Shown here piece by piece: positions 13,915-23,371 of a DNA stretch of 64,000 bases. Position 1 is the stretch's first letter, and the number at the start of each line of letters is the position of its first letter. Position numbers and translations under genes: made by a program. The notes under the pieces are model-generated. The model worked only from the letters and a program-made list of their open reading frames with translations. It did not search any database and had not been told where the DNA came from. Source of the DNA: an uncultured Thermoplasmata archaeon (GTDB lineage Archaea; Thermoplasmatota; Thermoplasmata; Lutacidiplasmatales; UBA184); the NCBI GenBank assembly GCA_963708255.1, contig CAVPSE010000002.1, forward strand, positions 373,842-437,841. Reading direction: 5' to 3'.

Positions 13915-15375
13915 GTGCCGTCGACGGGAAAGGTCCCGAAGCTCGTCGAGCTCGACGAGTTCACGTTCCAGATCCCGATGGGCGAGGCGGAGGGGATGCG
14001 CGTCCCCGGGACCCTGTTCAGCAACCGGGCCCTCCTGGCCGCGGTGGAGGGCGACCCGTCCCTCCAGCAGCTCGCGAACGTGGCGACCCTCCCGGGGATC
14101 CAGCGCGAGGCCCTCGCCATGCCCGACATCCATTTCGGCTACGGATTCCCCGTCGGCGGCGTCGCCGCGTTCGATCTGACCGAGGGGGTCGTCTCCCCGG
14201 GCGGGATCGGCTATGACATCAACTGTGGCGTGCGGCTGATCCGTACCTCGCTGACCGTCGGCGAGGTCCGGCCCCTCCAGACCCAGCTCCTCGACTCCCT
14301 CTACCGGAGCGTGCCCAGCGGGGTCGGCTCCAAGGGCGGCGTGACGCTGAGCGGGACCGAGATCGACGAGGTATTGGCCGGCGGGGCCCGCTGGGCGGTC
14401 GAGCGCGGGTTCGGCCGTACCGAGGACCTCACCTTCCAGGAGGAGGAGGGTCGGCTCGCCAACGCGGACCCGTCCCACGTGGGGCCGGACGCCCGCAAGC
14501 GGGGGCTCCGGCAGCTCGGGACCCTCGGGTCCGGCAATCACTTCCTCGAGGTCCAGGCGGTCGATCAGGTGTTCGACGAGCCGTTCGCGAAGGCGATGGG
14601 TCTCGTCCCCGGGCACGTGGTCGTCATGCTCCACACAGGCTCCCGGGGCCTCGGACACCAGGTCGCGACCGACTACATCCGCCTCATGGATGAGCGGCTC
14701 CACCGGGAGGGGGTCACGCTCGTGGACCGGCAGCTGTCGTGCGCTCCGGTCGGCTCCGACGACGGCCAGCGGTACCTGACCGCGATGGCCGCGGGGGCGA
14801 ACTTCGCGTGGGCGAACCGTCAGGTGATCACGCACGGGGTGCGGACGTCGTTCCGGGACGTCTTCCACCGGTCCGACTCCGAGCTCGACCTGTCGGTGGT
14901 CTACGATATCGCGCACAACATCGCGAAGGTCGAGACCCACGCGACCGATACCGGTCCGCGTCCTTTGCTCGTCCACCGGAAGGGCGCCACCCGCGCCCTC
15001 CCTGCCGGGCGGGACGAGGTCCCGGCGGCGTACCGCTCGTATGGCCAGCCGGTGCTGATCCCCGGCGACATGGGGACCGCGAGCTACGTCCTGGCCGGCC
15101 TCCCGGGGTCTCTCACCCGCTCCTTCGGCTCCTCCTGCCACGGCGCGGGCCGGCGACTGTCCCGGCACGCCGCGGTCCGTGCGTTCCGGTACGAGGAGGT
15201 CACCCGGGCCCTCGCCGGTCACGGCATCACCGTGCGGGCCGCCTCCCGGGAAGGGGTCACCGAGGAAGCCCCCGGCGCCTACAAGGATGTGGAGGAGGTC
15301 GTGCGCGTCGCCGAGGGCGCGGGCCTCACCCGGCGCGTTGCCCGGCTGGTCCCCCTGGGCGTGGTCAAGGGGTGA
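13915..15375 (+). CDS. rtcB: RNA-splicing ligase RtcB (3-prime-phosphate/5-prime-hydroxy nucleic acid ligase)
   Basis: Contains MPDIHFGYGFPVGGVAA, GGIGYDINCGVR, LGSGNHFLEVQ, HTGSRGLGHQ, HNIAK, PGDMGT and SSCHGAGR, the full set of RtcB metal and GMP-histidine motifs. No intein is present. Confidence 0.95.
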   Translation: MPSTGKVPKLVELDEFTFQIPMGEAEGMRVPGTLFSNRALLAAVEGDPSLQQLANVATLPGIQREALAMPDIHFGYGFPVGGVAAFDLTEGVVSPGGIGYDINCGVRLIRTSLTVGEVRPLQTQLLDSLYRSVPSGVGSKGGVTLSGTEIDEVLAGGARWAVERGFGRTEDLTFQEEEGRLANADPSHVGPDARKRGLRQLGTLGSGNHFLEVQAVDQVFDEPFAKAMGLVPGHVVVMLHTGSRGLGHQVATDYIRLMDERLHREGVTLVDRQLSCAPVGSDDGQRYLTAMAAGANFAWANRQVITHGVRTSFRDVFHRSDSELDLSVVYDIAHNIAKVETHATDTGPRPLLVHRKGATRALPAGRDEVPAAYRSYGQPVLIPGDMGTASYVLAGLPGSLTRSFGSSCHGAGRRLSRHAAVRAFRYEEVTRALAGHGITVRAASREGVTEEAPGAYKDVEEVVRVAEGAGLTRRVARLVPLGVVKG

Positions 15376-18300
15376 TCGGGGGCGGCCGACGCCGCCTCCG
15401 CAGCGCGACGACGATCACCGTCGCGGCCACCGCGCCCCCCACGATCCCGCCGACGACCACCAGGTCGAGGGGCGTCCAGGCGGGGCCGGAGGGCGAGGTG
15501 ACCTGGACGATGCCCTCGGCAGACCCCCGGTAGAATCCGGTCGCGTTCACCCAGATGGGGAACTCCCCCGGGGTGGAGGGAGCCTGAAAGACGTACGGTT
15601 CCCCGTAGAACAGGCCGGTGGACACGAGGACGGCGGAGGACTGTTCGGTCAGCGTGACGTTCTCGTTCGAGCACCCGGTCACGCTGGCGGTGGAACAGTT
15701 CGCGATCGGGGTCACATACACCGAGATGGAGTCCCCGGACGAGACGATGGCCGGCGAGATCATCAGAAGCACCAGGACCGAGGTCGCGTTGAACGCCTGG
15801 AGCTCCCACCGGGTGGTGTTCGTGGTGCCGCGGTCGTCGGTCGCCGTCAGGGTGGCCGTGTAGTTGCCCCGGAGGGAGGACGTATGGTTGGCCCACGGGC
15901 CGGTCGCCCCGAGGCCGTCCCCGAACTGCCAGTCGTAGGTGTAGGGGGCGCCGTACCCCCCGCTCGCGTTGGCGTGGAACGCCACCGGGAACGGGACCAC
16001 GCCCGAAAGCACCCCGGGACCCCCCGTGAAGACGAGGGGCGCGATCGGGGGGCCGCTCACCAGAACGGTATGCGACCGGACCTGGACATCCCCGATCGAG
16101 TCCTGGCCCGTGTCGACGAGAGTGTACGCTCCGGGGCTGAAGTAGGTGTGGGAGGCGGTCAAGCCGGTGCTCCCGTTGCCGTCCCCGAACGACCAGCCGA
16201 CCTTCGCTCCGGGCATTCTCGAGGTCGCGGCCGAGGCACCGAGGACGTACGGAGTGCTGCCGCCCCCGCCGGTGACCTGGTCCGTCAGAGCAAGGGCGCT
16301 CGAGCGGCCGAAGAACGGGAAGGGGAGGGAGAAAGTGACGTTCGCGATCTCGCCGAGCGTGTCGCTGGCGTTCACCGTGATTGATAGGGGGCACCGGTCG
16401 GCCGCGAGGCAGCCGGTGGTGTACGATTGGGTCGGATCGTACCCGAACGACGAGTCGTTGTCCCCGAGCTGCCAGTCGTACTGGTACGCCCGTGGAGCCG
16501 AAGTTGGTAGAGGCGTCGAAGGCGACCACGTTCCCGGCGGCGGCGCCGGGCCCGAGCCCGACCTCCGCCGAGAGCCCGACCGGCGCCGGGGTCGCATTCG
16601 TGAGCACGTCGATGAGGAACGCGTGGGCCGCGGTCCCGTTCGACCCATCATGGACGACGCTACCGGCCACGTAGTAGCCGGGCGACGCGTACGTATGCAC
16701 CACCGCCGCGCCGATCGCAGGAGCGGAGCCGTCGCCGAACGTCCAGGTGGCGCTCGAGGTCGTACCGTTGCCACCGGAGGCGGTCACCCCGAAGTCGACC
16801 GTCAGCGGGGCCGCCCCGATGGGAGACGCGCCGGAGACGGGGGCTCCCGGCAGCTGAGCGTAGAACGCCCCGGTGAGGGCGGGGAAGGCAGTGATATTGA
16901 GCCACGTCGAGGCCTCCTGGCTCACGCTGTCGTTGGCGAAGAGGCGGATCGTGTGATTGCCAGGGATCCGGAAGATCCCGCACTGGCACTCGGTCACGTA
17001 CGGGTCGTCGCTCACGACCTGGACCGCGACCGGTCCCGCCGCTCCGAACGTCGACGCCGAGAGGTTGACGTTCGCCGGGAGGTCCATCGCCGCCGGCTCG
17101 GCCGGAAGGCTCACGGAGAGGGGTGTCTGCTCGGCGCACGAGGGCGAGCCGGCCCCTCCGACCGACACCGGCACCTCCAGCGAGGCGCCGCCATCGGACG
17201 GGGTCGCGGCGTCGGTCACAGTTACCACCGCGCAGAAGGCTCCGGCGAATCCGTACGCGTGGGTCCAGCTCGGGACCGTGGCGTTGCGGTAGTACGAGCC
17301 ATCCCCGAAGTCGAAGGCGTACAGGTACGGGGCGGTGCCGCCCGAGACGCTTGCGTCGAACGTCACGGGAGCGCCGAGCGGCACTGACGTGACGTTCAGG
17401 CTGAGCGCGACGGAGAGAGCGGCGCCGGTTCCGACGAGGACCAGCACCGGGGGCGACGCCGAGGAGTTTCCATCGACGTAGAACACCACGGCCCGGGCGT
17501 CGTACGCGGCCGCTGTCGTGTACGTATGTGCCAGCGACCCGTTGGTCGACCAGCTCGCGTTCCCATCCCCGTAGTCCACATCGTACCCCGCCACCGGTGC
17601 CGTTCCTGACGGGACGGAGGCGGTGAACCGGACCACCAGGGGGGCCGGTCCGATCCGTCCGGACGCCTCGAGGGACGGCGCGGCCGATGGGCCCAACCCG
17701 AGTCCGGTCGCCAGGGCGATTAGCAGCGCCGACGCGTTCGGGGTGCCGATCCCCGTCACCGGGTCCCAGCCGGGGCCGGCCGAGTACCCGTTCGAGCCTG
17801 AGCGGACATCATGGAAGTACTGGCCCGCCGTCGGGCCGCGGGCCAGAGCATAGAGCGACGGGTTGAGGAGCCCGAGGGGGCCCCCATGGATCTGGTCCGC
17901 GATCGCGGCATAGCCGGCCCAGATCGGGGTGGCGACGCTGGTGCCCACGACCCCGGTCGTGAAGCCGGACTGGATGATGGTCACCGGGTTCCCGCCATCG
18001 ACGGACACATCGGGGACCCCGCGGACCGCCGGGGCCGCGGGTACGCCCGGGGCGGCCTGCCAGAACGGGCGCGGGAACGGGGAGAACCCTCCTCCCGAGC
18101 CGCCCTGGTTCTGACACCCGGGCGACGTGGCCCCCGTAGAGTTGCCGGACCACGCCACCTCGCCGGCCCACTGGACCCCCTTGAGGGTCAGGTCCGTGGC
18201 GCCCACGCCCGTCGCATCGGGGTCCGAGGCTGGGTAGCTGGTCGAGTCCCCGGCGGTCCCCATCGCCGCGCCGCAGTCGCCGCTCGCGGCGAAGACGCCG

Positions 18301-19480
18301 ATGCCCTCGAGGGCCGCCGCTTCGAGCACGGGATGCAGGATCGCGTACGAGCCGTCCGAGGTCGCGTTGCACCCGGCGGAGCACGGCGTGGAGTAGGGGT
18401 TGAACGCGCCGACGTCCGGCTCTCCCCAGCTGAGGGAGATCACGTTCACGACCTGGTTCGCGACCAGCCAGTCGACAGAGAAGTACAGCCCCGCGGAAGC
18501 GTCCGGCGCGAACGTCATGTCGAGCGTGGCCCCGGGGGCGCTCGCCCGGGTCCATTCGAGGTCGAGCGCCTCCTCGGTGGCCCACCCCGTGGACGTCGAA
18601 TTCAGGTTGCGCTTGGTCGGGACAGGATAGAGGAAGCTCACGTTCCCCTTGGACAGCCCGAACATGGAGGCGAACGTCGCAAGGTCGCTCGACAGCGTCG
18701 ACTGTTTCTCCTGGCCATCGTAGGGATCCACGACCCCCACACGGACGCCCGAGCCGTTCTTCCCCGTCGAGTAGAGGCCGCTAACATTGTAGGCCGACGC
18801 GATCGCGCAGGGGGCGAACGGCTGCGCCCCTGTGCACCCGGCGGAAGCGGAGCCGGCGGCGGCGACCGAGTCGAATGGAACCACGGGGGTCTCGTTTCCC
18901 AGACCGAGCACGCCGGACCACGGGGCGACGGGGGGGAGCGTCGAGGGGGTCGGGTGACTGAAGAAGACCCGACCACCGGGCATGGTACTCCTCGAACTCA
19001 GTGTGGAAGGCCGCTGCGAGGATGGAGGAGGGGCCCTGGACCAAGAGCATCCAGTGGTCCGGGCTCGGTACGACGGAGGCCCCGGCCGCCTCGAAGTACC
19101 CGTACGGCCGCCTCGTATGAGGCGCTCGAGGGAGCGAACCGGGCGGCGACCTGTGCCGCCGTGAGGAACTGTCCGCGCTCGGGGCTGCCGGCCGAATACT
19201 CGAGGGCAAGCTGCCCCTGGAGTCCCGACGGGTCCGGAGAGGCGAGGGAGACCGCGACATCGAGGGGAAGGTTCGCGCCGAGGGGTCCCACCGCCCGAAC
19301 TCCCGGGCCGGGGATGAACGCGGGCGCCACCACAACCGGGCCCGTCGGTTGCGTGGAGCCCACGACCGTGAGGGAGGGAGCGACGGCCGAACCCAGGAGA
19401 CCCAGCGTTGGGACTCCCGCCAGCAACGCGACCGCGAGCGCCGCGACGATGACGAGGCCCCGGGTCCGCGCTCGGGTCAT
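15365..19480 (-). CDS. Giant secreted S53 (sedolisin/kumamolisin-type) peptidase with about six PKD-like repeats and a C-terminal TM anchor; three frame breaks
   Basis: The N-terminus has a signal/anchor (MTRARTRGLVIVAALAVALLAG) and a pro-kumamolisin-like prodomain (FLTAAQVAARFAPSSASYEAA ... LLVQGPSSILAAAFHTEFEEY). S53 motifs are EEALDLEW, AASGDCG and VVGTSVATPIWAGY. The repeats are of the form Y.(Y/F)DFGDG...H.Y. The C-terminal TM is LVVVGGIVGGAVAATVIVVAL followed by RRRRR. The gene is assembled from ORFs 18998..19480, 18781..19335, 15279..19556 and 15365..16774, with breaks at 19096-19101, 18984-18988 and 16483-16487. Confidence 0.85.
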
Positions 19481-19560
19481 CCTCCGTAGAGGAAGGGGCG
19501 CCGGCTATTACATCTCCCGTCTCCGTCCACCGTTCTCGCCCCGGACGCGCCGTCAACGCC

Positions 19561-19566
19561 TATAAC
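19561..19566 (+). promoter_or_regulatory. TATA box for the M50 protease gene, in a divergent intergenic region
   Basis: TATAAC lies 32 nt upstream of the TTG start at 19593. A second AT-rich element (GCTATTACAT, about 19504-19513) lies 25-30 nt upstream of the divergent S53 gene start at 19480. Confidence 0.4.
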
Positions 19567-19592
19567 CCGCCCCGGTTCCACTCGCTCGACCC

Positions 19593-20945
19593 TTGGACTA
19601 TCTCAACGGCTGGACGATCGCGCTCGTCCTGGTCATCGCCTACGCGGCCGTCGTCTACGGGCTGTACCGGTGGGGTCGGATCGGCCCGGACCGGTCGCTC
19701 AGCCTCCTGGGCCCCGCGCTGATGATCAAGACCCGGAAGGGTCGCGGGATGCTCGATGTGATCGGGCGATACCGCCGGTTCTGGAGCGCGGCCGGCGACC
19801 TCGGGATCCTCCTCGCGGCCCTGGCGATGGTGTCGGTCGTGGTGGTCCTGTGCCTCGACGCCGTCATCGCGCTCCGGGTCCCTGCCAGCGCCGCCCCGCC
19901 GGTCTCCGAGGCGCTCGGCATTCCGGGGATCAACCCGATCATTCCCGTCGGATACGGGCTCGTCGCGCTCATCGTAGGGGTCGTCCTGCACGAGCTGAGC
20001 CACGGGGTCGTGGCCCGTTCCCAGAAGATCGGGGTGAAGAGCCTCGGGATCCTCTGGTGCGTCATCCCCATCGGGGCGTTCGTCGAGCAGGATGACGCCG
20101 AGATGAACGCCGCCCCCCGGCGGAGCCGGGACCGTGTCGCCGCCGCCGGCGTGCTCGCCAACTTCGGCCTTACGGTCGTCTTCTTCCTGCTCCTCGCCGC
20201 CTCGGTCTCCTCCACGGTCCAGCCGAACGCGAACGGCGCCGGGATCGCCTACGTGGTCCCCGGCACGCCGGCCGCGAACGCCAGCCTCGCGGTCGGGGAC
20301 ATCATCACGGCGATCAACGGGACCCCGACCACCACCAACCAGGCGGTGATCGATATCCTCAGCAACGGAACACCGGGGCAAGCGGTCTCGCTGACCTACT
20401 ATGATCCCGGGGTCGGTTCGAGCGTGACGAAATCGATCACCCTCACCTCCCTCGCGTCGTACACGAACGTCTCGGCGGACCGGACCAAGGGGTTCCTCGG
20501 GATCTCGCTCCTGTTCCTCACCCCCACGGCGCTCAAGGGGATCCTGGTCGCGCCGTACGGCGCCCCGCAGGGGCCCCTGGTCGGCGGGACGTTCTGGGTG
20601 GTGCTTCCCCTCGCCGGGATCGAGCCGGTCCAGGGGAGCCTTACGAACTTCTATCATCTCAGTGGGCCCCTGGCGGGCCTCGGCACCGGCGGGTTCTGGG
20701 TCTACGCGAACCTTCTCTACTGGCTCGCCTGGATGAACTTCCTTTTGGGACTCTCCAACGCCCTTCCCCTGATCCCACTGGACGGCGGCCTGCTGTTCCG
20801 GGATTTCTCCGCGACCGTCGCATCGCGCCTCCGGAAGGGCTGGGACGCGGCCCGCCTCGACCGCTTCTCCGGCCAGGCGACGGTCGTCGCCTCCCTGCTC
20901 GTGGTGTTCCTGATCGTATGGCAGTTCATCGCGCCCCATCTCTAG
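19593..20945 (+). CDS. Site-2 protease family (M50) intramembrane metalloprotease with a PDZ domain
   Basis: Contains HELSHGVVA (HExxH within a TM span), a PDZ-like insert (GIAYVVPGTPAANASLAVGDIITAINGTP), NALPLIPLDGG (the NxxPxxxLDG motif), and multiple TM spans. Confidence 0.88.
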   Translation: MDYLNGWTIALVLVIAYAAVVYGLYRWGRIGPDRSLSLLGPALMIKTRKGRGMLDVIGRYRRFWSAAGDLGILLAALAMVSVVVVLCLDAVIALRVPASAAPPVSEALGIPGINPIIPVGYGLVALIVGVVLHELSHGVVARSQKIGVKSLGILWCVIPIGAFVEQDDAEMNAAPRRSRDRVAAAGVLANFGLTVVFFLLLAASVSSTVQPNANGAGIAYVVPGTPAANASLAVGDIITAINGTPTTTNQAVIDILSNGTPGQAVSLTYYDPGVGSSVTKSITLTSLASYTNVSADRTKGFLGISLLFLTPTALKGILVAPYGAPQGPLVGGTFWVVLPLAGIEPVQGSLTNFYHLSGPLAGLGTGGFWVYANLLYWLAWMNFLLGLSNALPLIPLDGGLLFRDFSATVASRLRKGWDAARLDRFSGQATVVASLLVVFLIVWQFIAPHL

Positions 20946-22062
20946 CCGAGCACGAGCTCCTCGGCCAGTACCCGTTCCTGCCCGGGGCGGAGGTCCTCGT
21001 GGCAGAGCTCTCCCCGTCGCTCCAGGACCTCCTGGAGGACCGGGTGCTGGAGCGTCCCCGGGCGCTGGGTCGGATGCGGGTCGACGCCGCGGTACGGGAC
21101 CCGACCGGCGCCGTGGAGGTGGAGGAGCTCGACCAGGCCTCCCCGCCGGAACGGTTCCTCTCGTTCGTGTACGCTCGCCTGCTCGTGTCGGCCGCCCCCT
21201 CACCCGCCGCGGTACGTCGGTGGGCCGTCGCGGAGGCGAAGCGGGCGTGGCGCCGCCTCGACGCGGCGCCCTCGGAGGAGCTCTGCGAGGTGGCGCGCCG
21301 GATGTCGTACGAGCTGGAGCCGGAGGGCACGCAGGTCCGGATCCGGCTCACCGACTACCTCCACCTGGCGACGCCCATCCGGGAGGCGGACTTCCACCTG
21401 GTCCGCCAGGCCGTCCGAGGCGGCCAGGTCCTCGTGACGCAAAAGCGGGCCGCCCGCCTCGTCCAGGAGGGGGTCCGGGTGACCCTGACCCCGCCCATCG
21501 CCCTGGACGCCGGGCTCCGGGGGGCGCTCGAGCGGACCGAGGGGGAGTTCCTGAAGGAGATCGCCGAACGGGTCCCGGCGCCGAGCCTGGACCGCGCCGG
21601 CCTCCCCGGGCCTCTTCGCCCCGACCTGTTCCCTCCGTGCATCCGCAAGATGCAGCGGATGCTCGAGGGGGGAGAGAACCTCTCCCACGCCGGTCGGTTC
21701 GCCCTCGCGGCGTTCCTGCACCGGGCGGGGGCACCGGCCGACGGGATCGTCGATGCGTTCCGGGGGGCGCCGGATTTTGACGAGTCGATCACCCGCTACC
21801 AGGTCGAGCACATTACGCAACGCGACGGGGGACGCGGCTACGAGCCCCCCGAGTGCGCCACGATCCGTACGCACGGGCTGTGCTTCCGGGAGGGGGACCC
21901 GTCCGCGCCCCGCGCCCCGGACCGGGGCCGGGACGACCTGTGCTTCGAGCCCTGGCTCCGCCACCCTGTCCAGGTACCTACCGGAAGCGCGGCGGAAGGG
22001 TCATGGAACGGGAGCGGGAGGAAGGGAGCGGTACGCCTGCCGCCCCCGCGCGATCGCCGTGA
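20918..22062 (+). CDS. priL: DNA primase large subunit PriL; 2-nt frame break near the C-terminus
   Basis: Contains FPPCIRKM ... GENLSHAGRFALAAFL ... YQVEHI ... YEPPECATIRTHGLC ... CFEPWLRHPVQ, which covers the Fe-S cluster cysteines. At CAGGTACCTAC (21973-21978) the frame is lost. Removing the flanking G and C gives ...HPVQYYRKRGGRV... ending at TGA 22060-22062 (frame of ORF 21853..22062). Confidence 0.85.
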
Positions 22063-22669
22063 TCTGCCCGGCGACCACAAAGTAGACCAGCAGAATATCG
22101 AGGGTGGTGAAGACCAACCCATCGATGTGGAACCGGGACCAGGGGGCGCTCGCGGCCCATGGCCACGGGAGGGAGAGGTCGAACTCGAGGAACGCGGCCG
22201 CGGCGAGGAGCAGGAGCCGGTCCGCGCGGGACAGCAGCCCCCCGTAGATCCGGCCGGCGCCCACGGCCTGGGCCTGGGTGCCCATGTAGCTTGCCAGCAG
22301 CAGGCTCACCAGCGCGGCGAGCGCGAGGTACGCGTTCGCGTACGAGGACACGGCCAGCCCGAGGAGCAGCAGCACGTCGGCGTACCGGTCCAGGACGTGA
22401 TCGACCAGGTCGCCACGGGCGGAGGTTCGGTTCGTCTTCCGGGCGACGTCCCCATCGACCACGTCGAAGACCCCCCCGAGGAAGACGAGGACCGTGACCG
22501 CGAGGAAGAGGAGCGGCGTGGAGAACCGGACGAGCGCCTCCACGGCCGCCGCGGCGGCGCAGAGCCCGAACGCGAGGAGGCTGAGCGAGTTGGGAGACCA
22601 GCCGAGGAACGGGCGGGAGATCCGATCCAGGTACGGCTGGATCCGGGTGCGGTACCCCTCCGCGACCAT
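22001..22669 (-). CDS. CDP-alcohol phosphatidyltransferase (archaetidylserine / archaetidylinositol-phosphate synthase family)
   Basis: Internal ATG of ORF 22001..23299. Contains DVVDGDVARKTNRTSARGDLVDHVLDRYAD (the D-G-x2-A-R-x8-G-x3-D-x3-D motif) and several TM spans. Confidence 0.85.
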   Translation of the reverse strand: MVAEGYRTRIQPYLDRISRPFLGWSPNSLSLLAFGLCAAAAAVEALVRFSTPLLFLAVTVLVFLGGVFDVVDGDVARKTNRTSARGDLVDHVLDRYADVLLLLGLAVSSYANAYLALAALVSLLLASYMGTQAQAVGAGRIYGGLLSRADRLLLLAAAAFLEFDLSLPWPWAASAPWSRFHIDGLVFTTLDILLVYFVVAGQITAIARGRQAYRSLPPAPVP

Positions 22670-22677
22670 CGGGCCCG

Positions 22678-23221
22678 CTACGGGGCCGGGCCCAAAAGAT
22701 AGTCGGTGACCCCCGGCTCCGCCAGCCAGTCGACGGTCCCGTACCGGCTCGGCGGCCGCCGTCGCAGCAGGTTCGCCACTTCCCGGGTGACGTCCTCGGG
22801 CCGTCGACCGGTGGTGTCCACCTCCCAGATCCGGGCGGCCCGGGCGGATCGCCTCGAGCAGGACGACATCGGTCGCCTCCGCCGCGACGTTCTCCTGGCG
22901 GTCGGCGGGGGTACCCCGCCCGGCCGCGGCCAGTCGGTGGCCCAGTTCCCGGGGGTCGCATCGCAGCACGACGACCTCCCGGACCGGGAGCAGGTGCGCG
23001 AGGTGGCCCACCAGGACGATCCGGTCCCCGAGGCGGGAGCTCCGGAGGGCTCGGGCGAGGGCGGAAAGATCGACCAGGACTTCGTTCCGCCGGCGGCGAC
23101 CGGCCCCGAGCGCGACGGCCAGGTCCCCGACCTCTACCGCCTGCCAGGAGGCCGGCAGTCCCCGCGCCACGGTGCTTTTGCCCGTTCCCGGCGTTCCGGT
23201 GATGGCGACCCGATGGGCCAA
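22678..23221 (-). CDS. Adenylate kinase isoenzyme 6 / Fap7-like P-loop kinase; one frame break
   Basis: The N-terminal part is VAITGTPGTGKSTVA (P-loop) ... VVVLRCDPRELGHRL ... ENVAAEA ... LLEAIR. It continues in ORF 22678..22869 (ARIWEVDTTGRRPEDVTREV...). The break lies in the C/G runs at about 22831-22847. The start is uncertain (TTG at 23221, 23260 or 23299). Confidence 0.65.
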
Positions 23222-23304
23222 CGCAGGCGCTCCTCGTCCGCCGGAACGGACCGCGCGCAAACGCGTTTCTCCGTCGACGGCGAAACGGAAAGGGGGCAAA
23301 GGTG

Positions 23305-23310
23305 TTTAAA
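23305..23310. promoter_or_regulatory. Palindromic TATA element (TTTAAA) in a divergent promoter region
   Basis: It is the only AT-rich element between the divergently transcribed AK6-like gene and the second S53 gene, and lies about 62 nt upstream of ATG 23372. Confidence 0.4.
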
Positions 23311-23371
23311 GAACCCCCAATATGGTTCGCCGCCCCGTCGAGGGGCCCCCGCCTTGGAGCCACACGTGACC

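Noticed and set aside
22706-23371. A 222-aa N-terminal extension of the second S53 protein, since the ORF opens at 22706.
   Set aside because: The extension is antisense to the AK6-like gene and the CDP-alcohol transferase start, and is Arg/Ser/Pro-rich. It also precedes the TATA element at 23305-23310. The signal-anchor sequence begins right after ATG 23372.
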